DNA of 64,000 nucleotides, taken from the NCBI RefSeq assembly GCF_009914755.1, contig NC_060929.1; one strand, 5' to 3'. Source of the stretch: the human T2T-CHM13v2.0 reference genome, Homo sapiens. Under the pieces are notes generated by a model. That model was not told the origin of the DNA. It made no database searches and saw only the letters and a list, made by a program, of their open reading frames with translations. The position numbers and the translations under genes were made by a program. Shown here in pieces: positions 24,796 to 39,094 of this stretch; within the stretch, counting starts at the first letter, position 1; the number at the start of each line of letters is the position of its first letter.

Positions 24796-24987
24796 TAGGC
24801 CTGCCTGATTTAGCAAATAAAACCACAAGATGCTCAGTTAAATTTGAATTTCCAAAAAGCAAAGAGTAAATTTTTTAGTACATGTCTATCCCCAACACTG
24901 CAGGGACATACTTATATTGCAAATGATTTGTTCTTTGTAATGAAATTCAAGTTTAACTGGGAATCCTGTATTTTGCAGGCCACCGTA
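24796..24987. mobile_element. MER53 palindromic hAT MITE
   Basis: TAGG..TGCCTGATTTAGCAAATAAAA...CAGTTAAATTTGAATTTC mirrored by GAAATTCAAGTTTAACTGGG...; possible TSD GGACAGAG/TTACAGAG. Confidence 0.85.
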
Positions 24988-26183
24988 TTACAGAGGCCCA
25001 TATGGAACCAGCTGGTCTGAGACAAGCCCAGGTTCTGGGCCAAAGCAAAACAGGCAGGTGTTTGCTCAACCTCTGCTAAAGGTCTATTTTTAAGGCTAGA
25101 TGCTGAATTAGGAGAAGAAGCTTATGAATTGAATAAAATACTATTTGCCATCAAAACCCCTTTGAATTTTAGCTAGTAATTCACCCATAAAGTGCCACCC
25201 ACCAGGGAGCCTCATACGGTTTCATAAATACATATGAGAGCTGCTGTGGAGAGAGATGGAGCCCGACGCAGGCACCGGACACAACATCCCACAGCTTCCC
25301 CATGGCTTTCAGAAAGCTTGCAGATATTTCTCTCTTCTGTTCTGAACTCTCCACAGAGAAATCTGTCAAGGGAGAAAGCAATGACTTTGCTCTCACTGGG
25401 CCAGAAATTCCATGGCTGAAATGACCCAGGGGTAGCAGGCGGGTTTGACAATCTGTCAGTTTCTGGATAGTGTTACTCGTCAGTCACTCATTTTTGCTAA
25501 ATTGCAGAAACTCTTTTCTTTAAATGAAACTTTATTTGCTCATGATGCAGGTTAAGCCCAGTTTCTGGCATGTGTCCAGGGAATTGGGTGTACCACCCTG
25601 TCCACTTGGTCATGGGGAAACCGTTAAGTCAGCCTTCAGTCTGGACATCTCTGCTCAAGGCTTTAGTTAATTTTTCTTCCCATCTGAGACTTAACCGCTG
25701 GGACTGTTTTACATATGAAGATAAGAAAACAACCGAAACTTGATTTTGCTCTATGGAGATAAAAATAAGGTAGCATTTTATTCAAGAAGAATGTGTGTAA
25801 TAACAGTAATCTGAAAATAATGATATCTATAAGGTCTTTGGCAAAGCCACCCAGGAAAAGAAAAACAATAGATGTGAAAGCTTCAGTGAGTCATAACACC
25901 ACCTTTCAGCATCAAAATGCCCTGGAATCAGATTCAGATAAACTGGTTTCATCAGCTCTAGACTCAGCTGTATGCGTCCCTTTTTATTCCTTGTGCCGAT
26001 TGCACATTCTCCAGATAATGGCAAGGTATTGGCTCTCCTTCAAAACACTCAATTGTGCAGCAGAGGAAAGAAAAGGATTCCTTGTAAGCTTTTTCATGTC
26101 TAAACACAAAAATAGCTCTCTTCCTGGGCCTGCCCAGTGGGCTTCCTTTCCCTCTGGACATCTACAGAGTACTGCTGACTGGA

Positions 26184-26374
26184 CTAGTGTTCATCAAAGG
26201 TGGTCTGTGGACCACGTGTATTCGAATAGTTTAAAAGCTTATTTAAAATGCAGATTTCTGGGACTCACTGGAGACCTAGTGAATCTGATCTCCTAGGTAG
26301 AGCCAAGGACTGTGCATTTTTAACGGCTCCACACCCCAAGGATTCTAAGGCATCCTAGGGTTTAGGGGCCACTG
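26184..26374 (+). mobile_element. MER5A fossil
   Basis: AAATGCAGATTTCTGGGACTCACTGGAGACCTAGTGAATCTGA...CTGTGCATTTTTAAC...GGCCACTG. Confidence 0.7.
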
Positions 26375-28191
26375 GGTTTGTCCAGCCATACAGCCCTCAC
26401 CTTATCCTGCTGCCTGCGTTGTCACTTGGCTTCCTACATTTGAGTGTCTCTTCTTCCCAGTGCAATTCTAAGCACAAGGGATGCGTTTGAAATTCTTTCT
26501 TTGTCCCTGTTAGTGCCTAGTTCGCTGTAGGTGTTTAAAAAATTTTTTTGTTGAATGAAGGACCTGAAATAATTTCTCTTTGCTTACAATTTGTTCAAAG
26601 AAACTCTTTTGCCTACAGAAGATTGGATCATGAATTTGCCAATTTGATTTCAAAACAAACGGATCTCTCTCTCTATAGACGTGTCTGTGTGTATGAGTGA
26701 ATATTGCTCTCCTAAACAAATGTTTTGAGTCAAAGGTCCGCCTTTGTCCAGAAGAGGACAACAAAGGATATACCGTTGGGAAAAAAATTGTATAACTCAA
26801 AACGTGTAAGCAGTCTTTGCCCTTTCTGAGAACCACTGTCAGAAAAGCTCTGTGAAGATTTTAGGGTAAGGGGTGTCCTAGGGGAATAGGGGAGTGTGTG
26901 TGTGGTGTGGTTGAGGGGATACTAAAAGCCCATCTGACTAGCTGCACCTGGCTCTTTGGTCTGTCTCCATGTGTACAAATAAAGTCACTTTTCTTCAAGT
27001 CAAGGGCACAGCTCAGTGTATTAGAGTGTCTAACCCCAGAGATCAGGAAAGATATGTTTTGCCAGAGTTAGAGAGCCTGGGGCTGCAGCAGTGCTGGTGG
27101 CAGTTCTGGATGGGGAGTGAGGATCGAGTTGGGCTCCTGGTGGGGAGGAGAAAAGATCCCTGGAGAGGGCAGTGGGTGCAGGGCACGTAGAGCCAGCGCC
27201 TCCTCTTTCCCAGTCTTGTTCAGAGTCGCCCCTGAGGCAAAACCCAAGATGAGGCTGCACAACACATGTGAAGACGGGAGCATCAGGAATGAGAGGGAGG
27301 GAAATGGAAGTGAGAGAACAACTCCAGACTCTCCGAGTTGGATCTAACCTCACTTGGCTAGACCTGCCCTTGGGATTTTGGAATCTGATCTGCAACCTCC
27401 TGAACATCTTGTTTGAGGAGTCCTAGGGTAGGGATGCACACTCCCTCACAGCTACAGTAGGGATGAGAAAGTACGTTCATAGACTGAGCTGTGATCCACC
27501 TGCTGGTGATTTCTGCCCTTAGCTCATACCCTTCTCTTTCCTTCCTTTTCTGGACTCTACTTCCTGAGAGAAGGCTCTTTGTCCTCTCTAAGTTTCCTCT
27601 TCTGTAGGTTGAATTTCCCTAGCTACTTCCACTTCTCCTATGGTGTGCCTCCCTGCCGCTCTTTTTTCCATGCATGGACTTTCTAACCCCAGGCTGCCTC
27701 TGTCTTCCAGTGGGGCCCTCACTGTTTCTGTCAGCAGCACCTGCAATTTCTCAGTCAGCCAGGCTTGGACAATTGAACTTAGCCTTGCCTCCTTCTTCTC
27801 TCTTATCCTGAAGCTGTTGGGAATTGCGTGTGCACACGCATGTGTGTGTACACGTGTGTGTGCACAGTTCTCCATAGGAGGTTTGCACATTTGTGACTGT
27901 TTTTGTCCTGGAGAAGTCCCCAAGGCAGAAAGCAAAAATGTAGCTGGTCTAAGCTTGAGGTGGGTCATGCCTGTGGCTGGACTCTCTCAAGGAGAGCCTG
28001 AAAGCATGTGGAACTGCCCACCACAGCCGAGGCTGAAGCCAGAGGAGAGCTGCGGCCAGGGGATGTGTATAGCACCAAAAGTGGCTACTATACAGAACCC
28101 CACACCTGCTTAAAGCCTTGCCAAGATGTGTTTTCCATTGCTGTCAGGATGAGTTGTGTGTCTTATTTTTGCAGACAAGGCCTTTCCTGAA

Positions 28192-28605
28192 TGATACAGT
28201 TTGGACATTTGTCCCTTCCAAATCTCATGTTGAAATATGACCCCCTGTGTTGGAGGTGGGGCCTGGTGGGAGGTAATGGGATCATGGGAGCAGACCCCTC
28301 ATGGATGGCTTGGTACAGTCCTTGCAATAGTGAGTTCTCATGAGATTTGCTTGTTTAAAAGTGTGTGACGTCTCCCTCTTCTCTCTCTTGCTCCTGCTCT
28401 CTTCATGCGACACACCTGCTCCCCCTTCACCTTCTGCCATGATTGTAAGTTTCCTGAGGCCCTCACCAGAAGCTCATCAGAAGCAGATGCTGGCACCACT
28501 CTTCTTATGCTGTCTGCGTAACTGTGAGCCAATTAAACCTCTTTTCTTTATAATTTACCGAGCCTCAAGTAATTCTTTATAGCAATACAAGAATGACCCA
28601 ATACA
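28192..28605 (+). mobile_element. MSTB-like MaLR solo LTR
   Basis: TGATACAGTTTGG...AATCTCATGTTGAAA...GAGGCCCTCACCAGAAGC...CCAATTAAACCTCTTTTCTTTATAA...AATACA; TSD CTGAA/CTGAC. Confidence 0.9.
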
Positions 28606-28889
28606 CTGACCTGGCTGCATGCACCTCTCATCTCTTCTCTTCCACTCCTGAAGGACACTGTGCCACAGACATGCTGAGCAATATTCCAGCCATGCTGAAT
28701 GCCTAATATTTCTTCTAACAGAACCTAATACACTAAGATGTTTGGTTCAGCCCTGTTGGCAATGGGATCCACCAGAGCTTCTGGAAGCAAGTGGGCAAGG
28801 GTTACTTGACCAGATTGATACTTTAGAAAGAACAAGGTAGTCTGAGGTTGGAGGATGAATGAAAAGGAAGTAGAGTGCTAGAAGAAATT

Positions 28890-30500
<1,611 letters not shown>

Positions 30501-31019
30501 CATGGTCTCTAAGTAATCTCTGTCCCTTTCACATTCTCATGTGACTCATATTACCTGTACCTCTCTCAGGACACTTACCACTTTCTAACTCTTTATCCAC
30601 TTGTTTGTGAGCATCTTGGCTCTCCTCTAGACTGTCCTATGCTCCACAAAGGTGGGCTTTGTCTTTATATGACTAACATCACTGTGATGTTGCGTTGCAT
30701 GTAGAAGGGGTTCAACAAACATTTCCGGAATAATTAAGTGAGTGCAGCCTGACCCCGTAGGAGGTAGCAGGACACTTAATCTGTGCCAATGTTTATTTAG
30801 AAAGCAGGGATATATCTAGTGTGCTCTGAGAGCAAGACATGTTATTTCATAGCTGGAAATATAGATGTAGGGGTCATCAGGGTTTATAAATGGCCAAGTC
30901 CAGAGAAATTTGACTCTGGTATTCTATTCTTGTTTAGAAGCTCTGCAGTTCCTCACACCCAGCTATTGAATTCAAGCGATCCTGGAGCAGCATCCTCAGC
31001 CCTATCAGACCCAGCACTC

Positions 31020-31975
31020 TCTTTCACTAAAATAGATTTTGTAACTTCCATCACTTTCTTTAGATAAAATTCATTGATAATCTAACCCAACTTTACATAT
31101 AATTTAAAAATTTAATGTAATGTCCTAACTGTAATAAAGAGGAGAAGTAAAAGGAGAGTAAATTATAATCAAAGAATACTTTTTTCAATGCTCAGGACTG
31201 TGGAAACTAGAAGAGAGCTTCTCAAGATTTTAAGTACATATGACTCATTTGGAGATCTTATTAAAATGCAGATTCATATTCAGTGGATCTGTGTGGTGCC
31301 TGAGATTCTTGTTTCTAACAAGATCCCAGTCAATGCAGATGCTACCAGTCTCTGGACCTCTCCTGTAGTAGCAGGGAACTAGGGCTCATGAAGAAGCCCT
31401 CAAAGCTTTCCTCTTCTGATAGTGAAGCACTTGGATTTAGGAGAAGTAAAACAACATTTAATCAAATATTGATGACATTTTATTTAGTGTTGGCATGTAT
31501 AAAATAAGACATATATATATCATCATTATGAATGTAAGAGTTTCAAAGACAGCTTTATTCAGGTGTGTCCTATTGGTGACTCAGATACCATGATGTGACT
31601 TTTGGAAATGGTGACTAACCCTGGGGAAGATTTTAAACAAAACAAGGTAAATATTTCCCCAATTTTCACTGTAGTTTCATGATTGGATAATTCAGTATAT
31701 ATTGAATTGTGCAAAAAAATATTTTGTGTTTATATGCAAAACATAGTCTGAGAAAAATATAAATAGATTTTTCACCTATACGTATGTCAGGTGGGACTTC
31801 AAAGTCATGTAGGACATTGAACAATTCTTGGTTGGGACCACCTCTATGAGGCATTGCAGAATGTCTACAGCTCTGCCCCTGCCCAATAAATGCACCAGTG
31901 CTTCCCAATCATTGGAACAACCAAAAATATGCCCTCAAGTTTCCACAGTGCCCCACCCCTGAGAACCAGCAACCT
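31020..31975. mobile_element. MER20B-like hAT fossil with a nested MER5A (~31210-31381)
   Basis: Right end GGCATTGCAGAATGTCTA...CCCAATAAATGCACCAGTG...GAGAACC is MER20-type; internal ATCTTATTAAAATGCAGATTC...TTTCTAACAAGATCCCAG is MER5A-type. Confidence 0.55.
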
Positions 31976-32479
31976 AGAGGAACTGAGGAAGAAGAGCAAC
32001 TGTAGGTGGAAGCTTCTGGAAGCACATGCATCAGAGCCCACTGCTGTTAGCAGAAGGTGCATTTCCCTGGGAAGGAGACACAACCAGATTGCTTCCACTA
32101 AGCCGACTTTGCAAATCTGCAACTGCTGAGTGGACACAAGTGGCTGGAAGCCATGCTGCATCACAAAGAAGATAGAAGTTACACACTTTCCCAAGGCAAG
32201 ACATGATCAAGATGCTGCCTGAGAGGGAAGAATATATTTTTCTAGGTGCAAATTAGTGCCAGTGATGTTTCTGTTAAAACTCTCAAGTGAGCCCAAGGTT
32301 GTGGCTTTGTCATGCTTGTGTATTCTGGAGAAGAGCAAGAAGTAGGTAAGGTAGGGTCTGGCCCCTCCTGGATGCCAGCAACTTCTCCAGCTCCTTCTGA
32401 TGCCAGGCCTCTTTGCGCTTACTCTGTTTGTTCATTTGTTTTTTATTTTGCTTTTGTGGTATCTAGACATTCTTTCAGG

Positions 32480-32822
32480 TCTCAGGGCTCTCTTATATAC
32501 TGCTCTCTGTGCCTAGGATGTTCTTCAACTTTCTTATCTATCTCTAGCTACCTTGCAGACTAGTTTAAGTGACTCTTCCTCAAGAAAGCCTCCTGGACTG
32601 CCAAGACAAGGTCACAGACAATATCTTCTTTTAAGCTTTCATGTCAACTTGAACTTATGCTTTATAGCATCAACCACAATGTTAACTAAATAATAATTGG
32701 TACCTAAAGTCTGCTTTTGCTTCTAGATATGAACTCCCTGAGGGTAGAGACTGTGTCTGTCTGGTTGACCAGTTCCACTTGCCACCAAGCAGACACTCAA
32801 TACTTTTTTGACGAATGCATGA
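32480..32822 (+). mobile_element. L2 3' fragment
   Basis: CTTCCTCAAGAAAGCC...CTAGATATGAACTCCCTGAGGGTAGAGACTGTGTCTG...CTCAATACTTTTTGACGAATG. Confidence 0.65.
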
Positions 32823-33728
32823 GCGCCAAAGCAAAGGTGTTTTATTTATTTTTATAAATAATAAAGAGTGTTCAGGCCAGGAGTCTATAGGATTAAATTA
32901 AACTAAGAAGTACAGTGAGGCACAAGTGAGTTCTGAAGGAAAGAGGAAGCCATGGAATGTGGAGAAGTTGACTGGCAAGCATACAGCCAGCTGCTTGTCT
33001 TGCTGCAATCCCGTTGGGTGCAGTTTGGGTATATTGCATGCGCAGTGTCTGTATATCAGCTCCCTCTCAGAGCAGGGGCTGGAAGTGTGCAGGCAGAATG
33101 AGGTGACTCCTGAGGACCGGATGCAGGATCCCGGTGGACACAGGTCAGTATATCTGCTGGTGAGTCAGGAGGAACACACACTTTCACCCTGTTGGGAAGT
33201 ACATTTGTAATAAGGCAGGACCCTGGCTTGCTTTCCAGTGTCTGTTGTTTCTGGACTTTGGAGAAGTTTGTTAATTCTCCTCTGCAGTTGCCTCATCTGT
33301 AAATGAGAACATTACCTATCTCAGAGATGGGCTAGCAGTATTTAAACACGGGGCCCATGCAAAGTCCTTTGTATGTTGTAAGGTACTATGTAAGTTATAC
33401 TCAGCTGTGTGAGTGGCTGTTACTCACCTATGTCCTAAGCAGGCTCCCCAAGCTATCTGGAACACCCGCACTGAAGACAGCCTGCCCAGGATGCAGGATG
33501 CTGGTGTTCAGCGACAACGCCCTGCCACACTCCGCTCATATTCCTGAGTACCCACTGCATGCCAGGAACTCTTCTAGGCCTTGAGAATGCAGAGTGAACA
33601 AAGGAAAGTAGGCCGACTGGAGTTGGGTATGGGATTAGAGAGGGATGGAGATGGGGCTGTGCTATTTCAGCTGGAGCAGCCAGGGAGGTTGTGGCAACTG
33701 AGTGGAGATCTGAACAAAGTGAGTGAAG

Positions 33729-34034
33729 AGCCAGGTGCGGTGGCTCACACCTGTAAACCCAGCACTTTGGGAGGTGGAGGCAGGAGGATCACTTGAGCCC
33801 CGGAGCTTGAGATCTTGGGCAACATACTGAGACTCTGTCTCTCCAAAAGATTTTTTTTAAAAAGTTAGCTGGACATGATGGTGCATGCCTGTAGTCCTAG
33901 CTACTTGGGAAGCTGAGGCAGGAGGATCCCTTGAGTCCAGGAGTTCAGGGTGATAGTGAGCTATGATGTTGCCACTACATTTCAGCCTGGGCAACAGAGT
34001 GAGTCCCTGTCTGTAAAATTAAAAAAAATAAAAA
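33729..34034 (+). mobile_element. AluJ (Jo/Jr-like) SINE
   Basis: GGAGGATCACTTGAGCCC and GTGAGCTATGAT AluJ diagnostics; perfect 13-bp TSD AAAGTGAGTGAAG at 33716-33728 and 34035-34047. Confidence 0.95.
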
Positions 34035-34379
34035 AAAGTGAGTGAAGGAGCCATGCAAAAAATTTCCAGGATCTGTACGAGGTTATTATTTTATTTAATC
34101 CTTTTACTAATCCTGAAAGGCAGATATTTTACAGAGGAGGAAATGGAAGCCCCGAGCTGACCCAGCCTAGGGGCACAGGGCTGGGTCCATGCTCTTCCCA
34201 TGCTCTGCTCCATCCTGTGCACTTGCTACTTCCTCCCTTTTCAGCCTCAGATGTCTTACTATGTCCACCTTATTCTCTTCCCATCAGCTTTATGTGATCC
34301 TTTCTTCATCTTTCTCTTTATTTCTCTTAAAAAATGAACAAAGAGAAGAAGGAGTAAAATAACCTGGTAACTTGATGGA

Positions 34380-34940
34380 CACATATTCTCACTGAGAATG
34401 TTGTTTTTAAACTCTAAACTCATCCCATATGCATCCGCCTCGCTCCATCTCCCCACCACCTCCGAATGCAGGTTATCACCACCTTTTGCCAGCAGAGGCT
34501 CCTAACTGCTCTCTCTGCTTCCAATTCACTCTCTGTGCAGCAGCAAGGGTGATCTTTTAAAAATGTAAATTGGATCATGTCACTCTGTGCTTAAAATCCT
34601 CCAGTGGCTTCCCACTTGCACTCAGAATAAAATTTAAACTTCTCATCCTGACCTCCAACCTGGCACGATCCAGCCCCTGCCTACCTCTCCAACCTCACCT
34701 TGTCCCACCTTCCCCCTGTGCACTCTGTTCCTGCCACTCAGATCTCATTTCAGTTCCTCAAACATGTCATGCTCTTCCCCAACTCTGTACTAACTAACTT
34801 TTCCTCATTATTGAGTCTTCAAATTAAATGTCACTTATGCAGAGAGGCTTCCCCTACTCACCCACCCTACATTAGGTCTCTCTTGTTATTCTCTTTCAGC
34901 CTCCAGAGCCTCTGGTAGACTAGGAAGCTATGAGGGCAGA
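34380..34940 (+). mobile_element. L2 fragment (3' end continues at 35509-35556 after MLT1F)
   Basis: GATCATGTCACTCTGTGCTTAAAATCCTCCAGTGGCTTCCCACTTGCACTCAGAATAAAAT is classic L2; tail TTGTTGAATGAATGAA at ~35531. Confidence 0.8.
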
Positions 34941-34947
34941 GGCTGGC

Positions 34948-35508
34948 CATGGCAGGCAGGCTAACAAAGGACCTAAAGATCCCACCACTGGGTTTTCATG
35001 CACATGTGTGGTCCCCTCTCCTTCTGTGTCATCTGAATCCAGTGATTTGCTTTGAATCAATAGACTGCAAAGGTGACGGGATGTCATTTCTGCAATTAAG
35101 TTTCAAAAGATAGTGACCTATGTCTCGCCAGCAGACTCTTTCTACTACATTCTTTGGCATTCACACTTTGATGAAGCAAGTTTTGTACTGGAGAGACCCC
35201 TGTGGCAAGGAACCAGGGCTGGCCTCTGGTCAACATCCATCAGGGAAGTTCGGGCCTCAGTCCACCAGCCCTTGAGAAATTGAGGCCTTAGCACAGAACT
35301 TGGAAGCAGATCCTTCCCCAGAGGAGCCTTGAGAGGAGGCCACAGGACCTGGGCTGGCCTTAGACTGCAGCCTTGTGAGAGACCGGAACACAGAGGGTCC
35401 AGCTAAGCCATATGTGATTTCTGACCCACAGAAGCCGTGAGACAATCCGTGCTGTTTTAAGCTGCTAAACTGGGGTGATTTGTTACACAACAATTGATAA
35501 CTAGCACA
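34948..35508 (+). mobile_element. MLT1F-like MaLR solo LTR
   Basis: GGTGACGGGATGTCATTTC...TGTGGCAAGGAAC...CTTGGAAGCAGATCCTTCCCCAG...CTGCAGCCTTGTGAGAGACC...GATAACTAGCACA. Confidence 0.85.
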
Positions 35509-36984
35509 CTGAGCATTCATTTGGAAATACTTGTTGAATGAATGAAGGAATGAATGGCTTAGTTGTGCCCTGAACCTCCTGAACAGGGATGGGGAAGCGG
35601 TTGTCCAAATGTGCCAAGATCTAGCCTGTAATCACCATAGCTCTCTGCTCTCACATGTCTTCTCACACAGACTGCATAACAAACCCAAACAGAAGGCCTA
35701 TTGGCTTCCTGAACAGCTAGTTTCAAGCAAATGGTGTTACCTTTGACTTAGCTTTCTGAAAACTACCTCTTCTGCCTGTTAGGATTCAGTGGTCTCCTAA
35801 TGAGATGGATTTCAAAACCCAACATGCATCTTTTCCAACAGTGCGTGCCTTCTCCAAGGGGAGAAATAACCCCACTCTTTTCCCTGGTTATCAATGATAC
35901 CATACTCATGTGGCAGAGCCTCCAAAATGAATAATTCATGGTCTATGAGTACATTTCATGAATATATAGGATGCCATATAAAAATAACATAAATGTTTCC
36001 TAATAGAATTAATACACTTTCGAAGCAGTTCAGCTTGAGGCAATTATTGCACTTCCTGGGAGATACAAATTACTTTGCCCTCAGCCTCATGCCAAATAAC
36101 CCCCCTAAGACACACACTAATTACACAGAAATACACTGCCTGCCATAGCTCATTGACTAATTGACAATCAGTTTAAAACTTCAGCAAAATATCTTAAAAC
36201 TTAGGCTTTGCATTTAGCAAGGAAACCAATTTTGTTTATCTCCTCATTTTGGTCTGCCTCATTGGCAAAGTTGTAGTATGGTTGGTAAGTAATGACTGAG
36301 CAGGCTTATTATAATGATCAATGGTAAAAGAAAGCATTCCATCATACTGTATAGCATTTCCATCTCTCATTTCTGTGATTCTATTAAGAACAATTACCAA
36401 TAATATATCCGTTAATGTGATACAAAAATAGAATGCAACCGTGTATGTAATAGTTATTGCTAATGTGCTCTGCTAAGCTCAGTGTACACTTGTCACTGAC
36501 TCATGCACTATTAAGATGTGGCCTTTCCAAGCTCTACACCCTTTACATTCTGATGTAAGCACATGCACCCACTGAGTTCATGCTGTACCTACACACATTC
36601 CTTCTGCCTTAAAAGTAAGTCATGGACAAAAGTTAAATCCTTGGGAATCCTTCTTTACCATATCTTCTCTATTTACCAATCACTGTTAGAGACCCAACTT
36701 CTTTGTAAAGCTATGTGAGCCTACGTCTGCATAAATGTTGTTTCTAATCACCTTCATTATTCCGAGAGTTGACATACTATCAACCTTTGCTCTGGAGTTT
36801 CTGAAATAGTCCAATCTTAGAGGGGAAGTACACCCAAATACCAGACAACTGATTTATAATGAAACATCTGGGGGAATGACCAATTCACTCATTGGAGATT
36901 GCTGTTCTAGGTGCTACAGAACAAATCTGTAGGAGTTTAGAGTTACAGACGGGGCAATCACTGTGGGATTGCTGGACTGGCATT

Positions 36985-37457
36985 TCTCTTAGGATTGCAT
37001 CTGGTTGCAGCCACGGAATGTCCAACCAGGAGTGGCTTGAACAATTTGGGATTTATTTTTCTCACAGAATGAGACTTCCAATGGCAAGAAACCAGGGGCT
37101 GGGGTTGTGGCTCAGTGACGATATCAAAACACCAGCTCCTTTTGCTTTTCTACTCTTCCGTCCTTTGCTTGTGGGCTGGTTGCCTCATGCTCTGGAAATG
37201 ACTGCTGCAGAGAAGCGGGGCAGAGTCTGCACCAAGCTGCCTTGAACATGTCTATTGGGAAAGCACATGCTCGGCCCCGAACCCTCATCAGACTTCAGCT
37301 TAGGTCTCGTTAGCTAAAACTGTGTCCCACTGGCCTCACTTGGCTACAGGGGAGGCCTGGAAACAATAGTTAGTTTGGGCACAGGGCTGTCCTAATAAAC
37401 AAGGTTTCATTAGCAAGGGGTGAACGAAACTGGAGTGGGCCATGAATGGGTCTGTCA
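36985..37457 (-). mobile_element. MLT1K/L-like MaLR LTR
   Basis: TTAGGATTGCATCTGGTTGCAG...GTGGCTTGAACAA...ATTTATTTTTCTCACA...GGCTCAGTGACGATATCAA...TTGCCTCATG. Confidence 0.65.
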
Positions 37458-37980
37458 TTGCTGATAGAAGATGGGATATCTAGCTGCAGTGTGAGGGATG
37501 GGTAAAATTGAGGTAAGAAACAGAAGAGGAAAAGTGGTCCTTGGTGGAGTTAGAGTGAGAGTAACTCTGGGAAAAGAAAGAATAGCAGCATGTCTAGGAG
37601 ACTGTGAGAACATTGCTCCAGGAAAATTTTGTTCAGAGAGGGTGGATAAAGGTCAGATGTGTCTATAAATCAAACAACTGATTTATAATTGACCCTGTGA
37701 AGTGTGTCCAGTTCCTGAGGCAGCCCCCTATCCTCCCCTACTCTTAACACACACACACACCTCATTCTCACTCCCAGGGCCATCATGGGCAGGCTTAAGT
37801 GGACTTTCTGACCAAAGGGAATAAAATCTTAAGGGATTCTATGGCCTGCATTTTTGCCTTTTCCCCAAGCCAGAGATTCTCAGCATTGGCTATATATCGG
37901 AGTAACATGGGGGAAGTTTTAAGCACTTTGATGCCAAGGTCACATCCCAGAACAATTAAAGCGAACTCTAGGAGTAGGCT

Positions 37981-39094
37981 AAGTATGTGCTGGTAAAAGT
38001 TTAATAACCAGCTCTCTGGAAAACCAGTGTTCATGTATACATGTAGATAAATTTATTATAATTTTACTGATGAAAAGGATGTATGGTATACAACTTACAA
38101 ATAATAATGAAATATACAATACTCTTTATTATAGAATGCTCTCCTGCAACTTGAGTCTCAGGTAATGCTTTCCTGCATTTTTGCTGAACTCTTTTGTCTG
38201 TAGTTAACCTAGGGCTGCAATTCAACCATGATTTGACAAAATCAGTCTACAAATAAATGCTTGACTACTGTCCAAATTCAGTCATTGACCCATGAATGTA
38301 GTTTCAACATGAATGTTGGTTGATATTTTCATTTACATTAACAGATAACATGAAAGTAAAACAATGAAGATGTATGTTGGAATTTTACTTGTTCATTAAT
38401 CACATGAGAGACTTCTTTGCTGATGAGGTAATAGTTTTCAACACTGGGAGAATATTTTCTCAATTTTCTGTGCTATTTATAATGTAATAGTTACAGACAC
38501 AATGTACATTAAGTTTAATTTGCATTATTAACATTTTCTTAAGTATAGACCAGGGCTTGGCAAAGTGTTGCAATAAAGGGTCAGATAGTAAATATTTTAT
38601 GCTTTGTGGACCACAAATGATGTCTTCCTCCTCCTCCTTCAAAAAAAGAATCCTTTAAAACTGTACAAACTTGTAGGACATACAAAAATAGACTTCAGGC
38701 TAGATTTGACCTGTGGGCTGTAATTTGCCAACCTCTTATGTAGACAATCAACAATACGATAAATCAAGCCCTGATTTATAGTGTTTGCTAATTTCTGTCG
38801 ATGTGATGGCACTGACCATGGAATTGGGAAGAGATACATAACAACACGTCTTAATATAGTGTTGCCACCATTCAGATGTGGTAAGCAACCTCAAAAGCAT
38901 AGGAGTAGTAAAATTATTATGAAGTGATAAGTTTTGAGTATTTATTACCTTTATTTTCAATGACTTATTTAATTATAAGCTTATGTCTTTTGATCTTTAA
39001 TAATGACTGTGTTTAACAATTGGCTCTGAAAATTCCTGAAAATTTAACAGCCATCTTTTCTGAGCTGGGAAGAACTGGCTCTAGCACACCACTG
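37981..39094 (-). mobile_element. MER63 (C/D-like) hAT-Blackjack fossil
   Basis: Termini TGTGCTGGTAAAAGTTTAATAACCAGCTCTCTGG and GGCTCTAGCACACCACTG; internal AAATCAAGCCCTGATTT and AAATTCCTGAAAATTTAACA. Confidence 0.8.
38551..38737. mobile_element. MER58 (C-like) hAT-Charlie MITE nested in MER63
   Basis: CAGGGCTTGGCAAA...AAAGGGTCAGATAGTAAATATTTT...GATTTGACCTGTGGGCTGTAATTTGCCAACCTCT; TSD GTATAGAC/ATGTAGAC. Confidence 0.8.
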
